Source: an uncultured Chloroflexia bacterium (GTDB lineage: Bacteria > Chloroflexota > Limnocylindria > Limnocylindrales > CSP1-4). Taken from it: a stretch of DNA of 64,000 nt. A program made the position numbers and the translations under genes. Positions 49,133-57,966 of this stretch are shown piece by piece. The DNA is taken from NCBI GenBank assembly GCA_963720755.1, contig CAVRGP010000006.1, positions 96,001-160,000 of the forward strand. The letters run 5' to 3'. The notes below the pieces were generated by a model. It was not told the DNA's origin, did no database searches, and saw nothing but the letters and a program-made list of their open reading frames with translations. The first letter of the stretch is position 1. Each line of letters opens with the position of its first letter.

Positions 49133-49504
49133 TCATGGCTCGTCCAGGTAGGTCCGGACTTCCGGCCGAAGCAAGCCCCGGAACAAGGCCAGGCTGAACG
49201 TGGCCACGAAGATCGCCTCGACGATCAGGCGGCTCAGGGCGAGCAACGGGATCAGCGGGATCGTCAGGGTGGCGAGGCCCAGGGCAAGCCCCCGGGCTGC
49301 CTGCTTGCGCTGCAGGACGAGGGTGGTGGTGAAGATCGTGTAGGCGAGCAACGCCATGACCACGATGCCCTCGAAGCTGACCGGCGCCGAGATCGCGAGG
49401 TCCACCACGGATCGCATGCTGATCCCGATCCCGGCCAGGATCAGGAACGCATAGACGAGATAGAGGCGGATGCCACCGGGCATGGCGCGGATGCGAGCGA
49501 TCAT
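49133..49504 (-). CDS. Small hypothetical membrane protein
   Basis: Four hydrophobic segments; TACGAT upstream on the minus strand. Confidence 0.65.
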   Translation of the reverse strand: MIARIRAMPGGIRLYLVYAFLILAGIGISMRSVVDLAISAPVSFEGIVVMALLAYTIFTTTLVLQRKQAARGLALGLATLTIPLIPLLALSRLIVEAIFVATFSLALFRGLLRPEVRTYLDEP

Positions 49505-49601
49505 CGGGCATGCATCGTACCGGAGCCGGAGGATCGGGGCCCGCGCGAGGATCGGGGTCGCGGTTTGATTCGGGGCCTTCGTGCCGGTAACGTCCTCGAC
49601 C

Positions 49602-51098
49602 ATGCCGGCCGATATCCCCACCTGGGTCCGCGACGCGATCTTCTACCAGATCTTTCCCGATCGGTTCGCCTCGAGCGATCGGGTCAGGAAACCCGGCACG
49701 CTCGAAGCCTGGGAGGCGCCGCCGACCGTCCACGGGTTCAAGGGCGGCGACCTGCTCGGGATCGTCGAGCGGCTGCCGTATCTCGAGGACCTCGGCGTCA
49801 ATGCGCTCTACCTGACCCCGATCTTCAGTTCCGCGTCCAACCACCGATACCACACCTACGACTACCTCACGGTCGACCCGCTTCTGGGAGGCGACGACGC
49901 CCTGCGCGAGTTGCTCGATGCCGCCCACGGCCGCGGGATGCGCGTGATCCTCGATGGCGTGTTCAACCACACCGGCCGCGGGTTCTGGGCCTTTCACCAC
50001 GTGGTCGAGACGGGAGCCGCGTCGCCGTATCGCGGCTGGTTCCACTTCGACGACGCACGTCTGGACCGTGGCCAGCCGCTCGACCCGTACCCGGAGCCGG
50101 ACGCCCCGCCGGCCGACCTCGGCTACACCGCCTGGTGGGGTCTTCCAGCGCTGCCGAAGCTCGATACCGACCATCCCGAGGTCCGCGAGTACCTCTTCGC
50201 GGTGGCCGAACACTGGCTCCGATTCGGGATCGATGGCTGGCGCCTCGACGTTCCGGGCGAGATCGACGACGAGTCGTTCTGGCAGGAGTTCCGGCGGCGC
50301 TGCCGGGCGATCCGACCGGATGCCTACCTCGTCGGCGAGATCTGGCATGTGGCACCCGACTGGCTGCGCGGCGACCGCTTCGACGCGTTGATGAACTACC
50401 CGCTGGGCGAAGCGATCCTCGGGTTCGCGGCGGGTTCCCGGTTGGACCTGTCCGTGGTCCGCGGACACTTCGAGTACGAACGGTCGATCCGGCCGCTCGA
50501 CGGCCAGGCGTTCGCGGCGCGGATCGCCGAGCTGACGAGCGCCTACGATCCGGACGTCGTCGGCGCTCAACTGGGGCTGATCGGCTCGCACGATACCCCG
50601 CGCGCACGTTCGGTCGTCGGCGACGATTTAGCCGGCGTGCGCCTTGCCACCCTGCTCCTGGCGACCTTGCCCGGGGCACCGTGCATCTACTACGGGGACG
50701 AGATCGGCCTGCGCGGCGGCAACGATCCCGCGTGTCGCGCCGGCTTCCCGTGGGATCCGGGCCAGTGGGAAGCCGGCTTGCGGGATGCGGTCCGCGCGGT
50801 CCTCCACCTCCGGCGCGCCGAGGCCGTCCTCCGCCACGGCGAGGTGCGGGTCGTCGCCACGGCCGGATCCGCCGTGGCCTTCGAACGGAGGTCCGGCGAT
50901 GCCCGACTGGTCATCGTGGCCAACGCCGGCGACGTGCCGGCGACCCTCGATCTCGTCCTCGACGGCGTTTCGGACGGACGGGTCGAGCCCGTCGAGATGA
51001 CCGGCTGGGGCGGGGTCCCAGGTGCGTCGATCGTCGAAGGACACGCCCGGATCGAGGCCCCGAGCCGATCCGGCGGCGTCCTCCGAGTCCGGATCTGA
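49602..51098 (+). CDS. GH13 neopullulanase/cyclomaltodextrinase
   Basis: 'FYQIFPDRF', 'GGDL.G', 'SNHRY', 'DGVFNH', 'DGWRLDV', 'VGEIW', 'SHD', 'IYYGDE'. Confidence 0.92.
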   Translation: MPADIPTWVRDAIFYQIFPDRFASSDRVRKPGTLEAWEAPPTVHGFKGGDLLGIVERLPYLEDLGVNALYLTPIFSSASNHRYHTYDYLTVDPLLGGDDALRELLDAAHGRGMRVILDGVFNHTGRGFWAFHHVVETGAASPYRGWFHFDDARLDRGQPLDPYPEPDAPPADLGYTAWWGLPALPKLDTDHPEVREYLFAVAEHWLRFGIDGWRLDVPGEIDDESFWQEFRRRCRAIRPDAYLVGEIWHVAPDWLRGDRFDALMNYPLGEAILGFAAGSRLDLSVVRGHFEYERSIRPLDGQAFAARIAELTSAYDPDVVGAQLGLIGSHDTPRARSVVGDDLAGVRLATLLLATLPGAPCIYYGDEIGLRGGNDPACRAGFPWDPGQWEAGLRDAVRAVLHLRRAEAVLRHGEVRVVATAGSAVAFERRSGDARLVIVANAGDVPATLDLVLDGVSDGRVEPVEMTGWGGVPGASIVEGHARIEAPSRSGGVLRVRI

Positions 51099-51140
51099 CG
51101 GCTGAGCGACCGAGCCGAATTCGGTCATACTCCCGCTTCT

Positions 51141-51749
51141 GTGGCTGACCTACCGATCGAACTGAAACCCGAACTCGCCGAGCGACTGGCCGCGGCCCTG
51201 GACGTCGACGGCAAGATCCCGCGCGCCCTGGACGCCCTCGGTCCGGTCGCGGGACGCGATGTCCTGCTCCTCGACGGCGCGGATGGGATCCGTGCCCGGC
51301 AGCTCCGCGAGCTCGGCGGGCGGGTCGCCTACGCCAGCGTGGACGCGACGGCCGGGATCGAGGCGCCCGACGATTCCGCCGATGTCCTGATCAGCCTGTG
51401 GGGGCCGTTCCGGGGGGTGGATGGGACGGAGCGAGCAGAGGCGGCACGGGTCCTGCGCCCAGGCGGCCGGCTGCTCATCGTCCTCGACTACGGCCGGGAC
51501 GATGTCTCCCACCTGCGCGGCGACCTGCCCGAGTACGGCCGCCTGAGCCGCCGTGGCGGACCGCTCCTCGGTGGCGGCTGCAAGGTCCGAGTGGTCCATT
51601 GCTTCTGGACGTTCGCGACGATGGACGATGCCGGGTCGTTCCTGCGAGCCGCCTTCGGTCCGACGGGTCGCAAGGTGGCCAAGGAGATGAAGCGCCCCCG
51701 GTTGGCCTACAACGTTGCCGTGTATCACCGCTCGGTCGAGGCGGCGTGA
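51141..51749 (+). CDS. Class I SAM methyltransferase-like protein (degenerate)
   Basis: 'PDDSADV', 'EAARVLRPGG.L'; motif I lacks a canonical GxGxG. Confidence 0.55.
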   Translation: MADLPIELKPELAERLAAALDVDGKIPRALDALGPVAGRDVLLLDGADGIRARQLRELGGRVAYASVDATAGIEAPDDSADVLISLWGPFRGVDGTERAEAARVLRPGGRLLIVLDYGRDDVSHLRGDLPEYGRLSRRGGPLLGGGCKVRVVHCFWTFATMDDAGSFLRAAFGPTGRKVAKEMKRPRLAYNVAVYHRSVEAA

Positions 51750-52087
51750 TGACGGCCACCCGCGAGCCGACGCCGTCCAGGATCCGGATCAGCCCAGGGG
51801 TCGTCTTTCTCGCCGTCGCCCTCATCGGCTCGGTCGCCTTCGCCCTGTATGCGGTCACCGTCCGCGACGCATCGCAGATCCCGCTGCTGGCCGCCGGCGG
51901 CGTGGCGCTTGGGATCGTCTTCCTGGCGCTCGCGGTGTTCACGCTTCGGGCGACCTGGCGAGCCGGGATCGCCGGTCGCGACGGACGTGCGCTCGCGCTC
52001 GGTGTCGGCGGCGGTATCGCCGCGATCATCGGGTTCGGGTGTATCGCCGGCGCCCTCATCCTGTTCCTGCTGTCGCAGGCGTCCTGA
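51749..52087 (+). CDS. Small hypothetical membrane protein (3 TM)
   Basis: TGATG coupling with the upstream gene; hydrophobic. Confidence 0.65.
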   Translation: MTATREPTPSRIRISPGVVFLAVALIGSVAFALYAVTVRDASQIPLLAAGGVALGIVFLALAVFTLRATWRAGIAGRDGRALALGVGGGIAAIIGFGCIAGALILFLLSQAS

Positions 52088-52138
52088 TCACGCTCGCCGG
52101 ACCCGCGACGACCCTCTGGTAGACTCCCCGGGCGCCCT

Positions 52139-52215
52139 GCCCCCATCGTCTAGAGGCCTAGGACGCCACCCTTTCAAGGTGGAGATCAGGGGTTCGAATC
52201 CCCTTGGGGGTACCA
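52139..52215 (+). tRNA. tRNA-Glu (TTC)
   Basis: Acceptor GCCCCCA/TGGGGGT, anticodon arm CCACC-CTTTCAA-GGTGG, T-loop TTCGAAT, encoded CCA; TGGTAGACT extended -10 upstream. Confidence 0.97.
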
Positions 52216-52262
52216 CACCCGGGGCCGTGCCGGCGCCCGGGACCCTGCTACCATCGGGCCCG

Positions 52263-52616
52263 ATGGAGATCATGGGCGTCCAGATCCGGACGATCATCAA
52301 GGACAACGTGGCGACCCGGTGCGATGGCTGCCTGCAGGTCATCGACGGAACGCCCTGGCGGATCAACCTGCTCGACATCGTCGCGGCCGAATCGCCGGTC
52401 GACTGGACGGACCGCCCGGCCGTGAATCCAGGTCCGTTCCAGTTCCACGGCGATCCCGTCTGCGTCCACCGATGGATGGCCGCCAGGGACTACCTGTTCT
52501 GTCGCCGAGGCGAGGTTCGCGAGATCATGCGCCCGGTCGAGATCCCGACCGACCCACCCCGATGGGGCCTGTGCGATGGGATCCATCGCGACGAACACGA
52601 GTTCGTCCCCGCCTGA
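52263..52616 (+). CDS. Small hypothetical Cys/His-containing protein
   Basis: 'CDGC', 'FH...C', 'C', 'CDGIH...H'; TGcTACCAT box 8 nt upstream. Confidence 0.7.
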   Translation: MEIMGVQIRTIIKDNVATRCDGCLQVIDGTPWRINLLDIVAAESPVDWTDRPAVNPGPFQFHGDPVCVHRWMAARDYLFCRRGEVREIMRPVEIPTDPPRWGLCDGIHRDEHEFVPA

Positions 52617-52632
52617 GGACCGATCGACAGCG

Positions 52633-53316
52633 TTACGACGCCGCGACCGCGGTGAGGTCCTTGTCCTCCATCTCCCACGCATGGTCGAGCGTGTGGAAGG
52701 CCGAGTGCCGGATGAGGAATGGCAGCGTCCACGACCGCATGCGGCCCTGGGCTTCTCCCGCGTTGTAGGCGCGCATCGCCGCGACGTACGCCTCCCGGTA
52801 CGTGCGCAGACCATCCGGGGTCAGGGCGGCACCCTCCGGCGTCCGCAACCCGACCTTCCCCGCGAAGTCCTCACTCTCGACCCGGATGGTGTGGCTGATG
52901 ATCCGGTCACGATCGCGTCCTCCCCCGCGCGGACCCTTGCGCATCTCCGGCGAGACCCGGGCCGCGACGCCGTCGAAGAACGTCCAGCACGCCCGCAGGA
53001 GCCCGATCGCGCGCTCGAGCTCCGCCTCACTCATCGGGCCGTGTTCGGCCGCGCAGGGCGTGAAGGAGATGCCCCAGAAGTCGGTCGAACCGGTGCCGAC
53101 CTTGTCCTCCACGATCTCGAGGGTTCCGGCGGCAGCGAACTCGGCTGCCAGCCCGGCGAGATCCGCGACGGGGCGGTAGCGCTCCCGATACGACTCGAGC
53201 GTTTCCAGGGCAAGCTCGGGGGTTTTCGCGCCCCGACTCCAGCCCGGCCAGTCGATCCCGAACGCGACCGACCGCTTCCCCTTGGGCCCTCGTTCGATGA
53301 CCGTGCGGACCGACAT
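52633..53316 (-). CDS. Hypothetical protein (HicB-like N-terminus, DinB-like helical C-terminus)
   Basis: 'DWPGWSRGAKT.E.AL..L', 'GPRGGGRD', 'RHSAFH.LDHAWE'. Confidence 0.65.
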   Translation of the reverse strand: MSVRTVIERGPKGKRSVAFGIDWPGWSRGAKTPELALETLESYRERYRPVADLAGLAAEFAAAGTLEIVEDKVGTGSTDFWGISFTPCAAEHGPMSEAELERAIGLLRACWTFFDGVAARVSPEMRKGPRGGGRDRDRIISHTIRVESEDFAGKVGLRTPEGAALTPDGLRTYREAYVAAMRAYNAGEAQGRMRSWTLPFLIRHSAFHTLDHAWEMEDKDLTAVAAS

Positions 53317-53348
53317 GGCTGCAGTATCGCATCGGGCACAGCGGCCGT

Positions 53349-53427
53349 TTGACAGTGGCCGGTCGGGGCGCCTATCCTCCGCCCGGTCTGCACGGAACCG
53401 CGATACCCAGATTCGCATAGATTTGTA
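53349..53427 (+). promoter_or_regulatory. Sigma70 promoter plus 10-bp direct repeat
   Basis: TTGACA(53349-54)-N18-TATCCT(53373-78); CAGATTCGCA / TAGATTTGTA at 53408 and 53418. Confidence 0.55.
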
Positions 53428-53461
53428 GGTCAGCTTCCCCCAAGCGCACCCGAGGCGTCAC

Positions 53462-54151
53462 GTGCCCGACTCCGCCCCCGCCGACTCGGCCACTCGACCG
53501 ATATCCGACCTGTCGGCGCAAGCCACGTGGCTGTCGCTGGGCCCGGCGAGCCGGCGGATCGGGGTCGATCCGGACACGCTCCGGCGGTGGGCCGACGAGG
53601 GCCGGATCGAGGTCTACCTCACGCCGGGCGGGCACCGTCGCTTCGAACGTCGGGCGATCGAGGACCTGATCTCGACGCGCCGGCCCGGTAGTCGCCCGCT
53701 GGCGAGCCTCGGGGCCAGCCCGGAGCGGGTCACGCGCGCCTATCAGCGCACGTACGCGGCCAATGTCGGCGGGCACGGCGTGGCTGCCGGCGACGACGCG
53801 ACGAGGGAGCACTACCGGCAGGATGGGCGGCGGCTGGTCGAGGCCCTCGTGGCCCATCTCGACGCCGATGTCACCGACGCCGCCGGGCGGGACCAGGCGG
53901 AGGCCGACGCGACCGCCCTGGTAGACGACCTGGCCCGGAGGCTCGCGGCGTCGGGCACCAGCCTGACCGAAGCGGTCGGCCTGTTCGTGGCTGCCCGGCG
54001 GCCCTTCCTGGACGCCTTGACTGGACTCGGCCGCCGGCGAACGCTCGACGCGGCCCGCCTCGCCACGCTGTACGACGATGCGTCGAGTCTGCTCGATCGG
54101 CTCCTGCTCCGCCTCATCGCGACCTTCCAGGAAGCGACCCGGCCAGCATGA
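53462..54151 (+). CDS. Xis/MerR-like HTH regulator with C-terminal helical-bundle domain
   Basis: 'WLSLGPASRRIGVDPDTLRRWADEGRIEVYLTPGGHRRF'. Confidence 0.85.
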   Translation: MPDSAPADSATRPISDLSAQATWLSLGPASRRIGVDPDTLRRWADEGRIEVYLTPGGHRRFERRAIEDLISTRRPGSRPLASLGASPERVTRAYQRTYAANVGGHGVAAGDDATREHYRQDGRRLVEALVAHLDADVTDAAGRDQAEADATALVDDLARRLAASGTSLTEAVGLFVAARRPFLDALTGLGRRRTLDAARLATLYDDASSLLDRLLLRLIATFQEATRPA

Positions 54152-55263
54152 ACCCTGCGGTCGTCCTCCCGGCGCTGACCTCGCTCCTGGCCCTGGCCTT
54201 CGCTGTCGCGCTGTTCGACCAATGGCGCGAACGGCGCGGTGGGTTCCAGTTGATCTGGGCGATCGGGATGGTCTTCTATGGCGTCGGGGCCGGCAGCGAG
54301 GCCATCGCCGCGGCCAACGGCTGGAACGAAGCCCTCTACCGGACCTGGTACCTGACCGGCGCGGTGTGGACCGCGGGATGGCTGGGCCTCGGGACCGCCT
54401 ATCTCCTCGGCCGCACACGGTTCGGCTACAGCTTCGCCCTGTGCCTCTTCCTGGCCGGCCTGTTCACCTTCCTCCTCCGCAACAAGCCCGAGTACGCCGG
54501 CGCCGGCACCCTCCCGCTCCTCTACTTCATCGCTGCCGGTCTGCTGGCACTCGCCGTCGCGGTGGAGACCTACTTCGCCAACGATCGCTGGCCGGTGCTG
54601 GCCGCCGCAGCCGTCATCGGAGCGACCGCCCTCAGCCTCGTCCTGATGGCGACGACGACCCTGGCGGCACCCGGGTACGCCGTCGACCCGGCGACGGGAG
54701 CACCGGTCGCGACGCTCTTCCCGCCGCAACTCCGACTGCTGACGCCGTTCCTCAACATCACCGGCGCCTTCGCGTTGATCCTCGGAGCGATCTTCTCGAC
54801 CTATGTGTTCATGCCCAAGCGGCGTGTGCTGGCTTACTCGCTCGATCCCAACCAGCCGGGTGACGAGTTCCTGTTCAATCTGATCATCGCGCCCGTGGCG
54901 ATCACCGTGAACCTGGTTGCGTCCCTGCCGGGCGCGGCCCGGGCGTTGGTCGCCGGGAAGCTCCACAGCCGGGTGCCGGCGACGATCCTCATCGCGATCG
55001 GTGCCTTCGTGGCGACCCTCGGTGACACGCTGAATCGCTTCGGCATGACCGAGTGGTTCCAGCTCGGCAAGTTCCTCGGCGTCATCTTCCTGTTCGCGGG
55101 CTTCCTCGTCTCGGTGGAGGTCTTCCGCGTGGTCCGCGTGCCATTCACCTCGATCCGGCTGTCGCGGACGCGCCACGAGCCGGCTGGCGCCGAGGCGCTC
55201 GTCGCGGCATCCGAGGCGGCCCTCGGTCACGGTCCGAGCGACACGGAGACCGCGCCGAGCTGA
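54148..55263 (+). CDS. Polytopic hypothetical membrane protein (about 9-10 TM)
   Basis: Many TM segments, Trp/Tyr/Gly-rich 'YRTWYLTGA.WTAGWLGLG'; ATGA overlap with the HTH gene. Confidence 0.75.
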   Translation: MNPAVVLPALTSLLALAFAVALFDQWRERRGGFQLIWAIGMVFYGVGAGSEAIAAANGWNEALYRTWYLTGAVWTAGWLGLGTAYLLGRTRFGYSFALCLFLAGLFTFLLRNKPEYAGAGTLPLLYFIAAGLLALAVAVETYFANDRWPVLAAAAVIGATALSLVLMATTTLAAPGYAVDPATGAPVATLFPPQLRLLTPFLNITGAFALILGAIFSTYVFMPKRRVLAYSLDPNQPGDEFLFNLIIAPVAITVNLVASLPGAARALVAGKLHSRVPATILIAIGAFVATLGDTLNRFGMTEWFQLGKFLGVIFLFAGFLVSVEVFRVVRVPFTSIRLSRTRHEPAGAEALVAASEAALGHGPSDTETAPS

Positions 55264-55351
55264 CCGACGGGAACGTCCCTGGATCGGGGCCGGCTCCGCG
55301 TTCGGGCCATCGGCCCTACGATCGACGGATGCGCTGCCGATCCCGACGTCG

Positions 55352-56401
55352 ATGACGAACCGATCCCCGATCGCGGGCTTTGCGATCGTCATCGCCGCCG
55401 CCTCCATGTTCGGGATGCTCGGGCCGCTGTCGAACTTCGCGTATGACGCCGGGATGGAGCCGCTTCCCTTCGTCGCCTGGCGAGGCGGGATCGGTCTGGT
55501 CGCGACGATGGCATTCATCGGATGGCGGATCGCTCGCGGCGTGGAACACCCGACTCGCCTCGCAGCACTCGATCGCGGGGCCCGGGTCAGCCTGCTCGTG
55601 GCCGCGCTGGCTGGGTTCGGGCTGAACCTGGCCATGTTCATCGCCTTCGACCTGGTCACCGTCGCCCTGGCGCTGCTCGGCTTCTACACATACCCGGTCG
55701 TGGTGGCGATCGTGAACGTCGCCCTCGGTCGCGAGTCGCTCGATCGACCGCGCGTCGCGGCCCTCGTCCTGGCTGTTTGCGGCATGATCGCGGTGGTCGC
55801 CTCGCAACTCGATCCCGCATCCGGGATCCGGTTCGATGCCATCGGGTTCGGGCTTGCCCTCGGCGCCGCGGCATGCCAGGCCGTGTTCGTCATCATCAGC
55901 CGGAGCGGCTACGCGGCCGTCCCGGCGACGCAGGCGATGGGCTTCATCCTGGGCACGACGGTGGTCGCCAGCCTGGTCGTGGCCATCGCGGCCGGGTCCG
56001 TGGAGGCACTCGCCTACCCCCTCCGCGATCTGTCCGTGATGCCGCTGCTCCTGTTCACCGGCCTGTTCGCGGCAGCGATCCCATCGATCCTCTTCCTGAC
56101 CGGGATCCGCATCGTCGGCGGGACCCGTGCCGGCATCCTCATGTTGTTCGAGCCGGTCGTCGGGGTCATCCTGGCGGCGGCGCTCCTCGGAGAGCGGGTC
56201 GCCCCGATCCAGGTCCTCGGTGGGCTCATGATCCTGCTGGCGGCCCTCATCCTCCAGCGCTCCGCGGCTCCGGGTGGCCGGGTGATCGTCGCGCCAGCGG
56301 TCGAAGCGGACGCGGCGCCCGGCGTGGACGAGGCGCCACCTGCGGACGAAGGGTCCGAGACGAAACCCGGTGCCGATGCGGACGTCGGCGCGACAGCCTG
56401 A
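55352..56401 (+). CDS. DMT/EamA family transporter
   Basis: About 10 TM in two repeats, 'FYTYPV', 'EPVVG...AA.LLGE'. Confidence 0.88.
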   Translation: MTNRSPIAGFAIVIAAASMFGMLGPLSNFAYDAGMEPLPFVAWRGGIGLVATMAFIGWRIARGVEHPTRLAALDRGARVSLLVAALAGFGLNLAMFIAFDLVTVALALLGFYTYPVVVAIVNVALGRESLDRPRVAALVLAVCGMIAVVASQLDPASGIRFDAIGFGLALGAAACQAVFVIISRSGYAAVPATQAMGFILGTTVVASLVVAIAAGSVEALAYPLRDLSVMPLLLFTGLFAAAIPSILFLTGIRIVGGTRAGILMLFEPVVGVILAAALLGERVAPIQVLGGLMILLAALILQRSAAPGGRVIVAPAVEADAAPGVDEAPPADEGSETKPGADADVGATA

Positions 56402-56474
56402 CCCAGAGTCTGCCGGCGGTCCAGACTACGGCGACCAGGGGTATCAGATCATCGACACAGGAGGGGACGAGGCC

Positions 56475-56945
56475 ATGGACGACAGCGAGCGCGCGAACCT
56501 CCTCGATCGATACGCTGGCGGCGCCGACGCCGTCGATCGAACCCTCGAGGGAGCGACCGAGACGGACCTGGACCGGCGACCACCATCGGGCGAATGGACC
56601 GCGCGAGAGGTCGTTCACCACCTGGCCGACTCGGAGGCGATGGCCTACATCCGACTGCGCCGGCTGATCGCCGAGGACCGACCGGTGATCGCCGGATATG
56701 ACGAGCCCGAATGGGCGCGCCGGCTGCACTACGACCGCCCGATCGGGTCATCCCTGGCCGTCCTCCGTGCGGTTCGAGCGGCGAGCCTTGAGCTCCTCCA
56801 GGGGCTGGACGACGACGCATGGGAACGATCCGGCACCCATACCGAATCGGGCCGCTATGCCGTCACGGATTGGTTGCGCATCTACGCGTCGCACAGCCAC
56901 GACCATGCCGACCAGATCGCTCGCGCCCTTCGCGGCGCGGACTGA
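56475..56945 (+). CDS. DinB/YfiT family protein
   Basis: 'WTAREVVHHLADSE', 'YDEPEW', 'H..DH..QI'. Confidence 0.88.
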   Translation: MDDSERANLLDRYAGGADAVDRTLEGATETDLDRRPPSGEWTAREVVHHLADSEAMAYIRLRRLIAEDRPVIAGYDEPEWARRLHYDRPIGSSLAVLRAVRAASLELLQGLDDDAWERSGTHTESGRYAVTDWLRIYASHSHDHADQIARALRGAD

Positions 56946-56960
56946 CCTCGGGTTCGGACG

Positions 56961-57677
56961 ATGACCACCGTCGTCTTCCTCCACGGCACTCGCCTGACCG
57001 GATCGATGTGGGCGCCCCAACTGGCTGGCCTCGGCCCGGGGTTCCGAACGCGGGCGATCGACCTCCCGGGGCACGGCCGACGGGCAGATGAGCGTTTCAC
57101 CCTGGATCGTGCGGTCGAGGTCGTTGCCGAGGCGATCGACGACGAGCCGGTCGACGGGGCGGTGATCGTCGGACTGTCGCTGGGCGGGTATGTGGCCATG
57201 GCGGTCGCGGCAGCCGTGCCGGAACGAGTCGGGGGTCTCGTCGTGGCGAGCGCCACGGCAGAGCCGGTCGGGCTGCGGGCGGTCCCGTTCCGGGCCATGG
57301 CAGGGGTGATGGAGCGGGTCGACGGACCTCGATTCCAGCAGGTCCAGGCGCACTACTTCAGGTCGCGCTACTCGGCCTCGATCGCCGAGCCGATCATCTC
57401 CGGGGGCTTCTGGGCCGAGGGCGGCGCGACCGCGCTGCGGGCCATCGCCGGCGAGCGGTTCATCCCTCGCCTGGCCGCCTACCCGGGTCCTGTCCTCCTT
57501 CTGAACGGGGAGCTCGACTTCGCCTTCCGACCGGGGGCACGGGGGTTCGCCGCGGCTGCCCATGACGCCCGCCGGGTTCGGATCGCCGGCGCGACCCATC
57601 TGGCCAACCTGGACCGTCCGGCCGCATTCAACGAGGCGATCCGGCGCTTCGCGGGCTCGATCGTGGCCGGAGTCTGA
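56961..57677 (+). CDS. Alpha/beta fold hydrolase
   Basis: 'FLHG', 'DLPGHG', 'GLSLGG' nucleophile elbow, 'NGELD', 'GATH'. Confidence 0.9.
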   Translation: MTTVVFLHGTRLTGSMWAPQLAGLGPGFRTRAIDLPGHGRRADERFTLDRAVEVVAEAIDDEPVDGAVIVGLSLGGYVAMAVAAAVPERVGGLVVASATAEPVGLRAVPFRAMAGVMERVDGPRFQQVQAHYFRSRYSASIAEPIISGGFWAEGGATALRAIAGERFIPRLAAYPGPVLLLNGELDFAFRPGARGFAAAAHDARRVRIAGATHLANLDRPAAFNEAIRRFAGSIVAGV

Positions 57678-57966
57678 GCGCGAGCCGGCGAGGGCGGCGG
57701 CGGCGGCGGCGCGACGGCGGCGGACGGCGGCCCGGCAGGGGGCGCGGCCCGCGGCCTGCGGCCCGGCTCCCTCGACTACCTGGCAGGATTTGCATCCACA
57801 GACCGTTGTGCCACCTGTCGGGACATCGAGGCGCTCGATTATCGCGTTGTTGAGGTGACCCGAGGCGGATCCACGCTCGAGGCAAGGATGTCCGCGCTCG
57901 TCGACAGCGCCGGCGGCGTTCCAAACTGCCATACCTGTCTGCCGGTGAAAATCTCGCCATGTTGAT

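Noticed and set aside
53462-53660. Excisionase-like HTHs (here and at 15748) as prophage or ICE evidence
   Set aside because: Both are fused to other domains in housekeeping context, with no integrase or phage genes
57694-57730. GGC microsatellite as a contingency locus
   Set aside because: About 6 units in very GC-rich DNA, not within a supported gene or promoter
52139-57960. Genomic island integrated at tRNA-Glu
   Set aside because: No integrase, no duplicated tRNA 3' end seen, and downstream genes have host-like codon use
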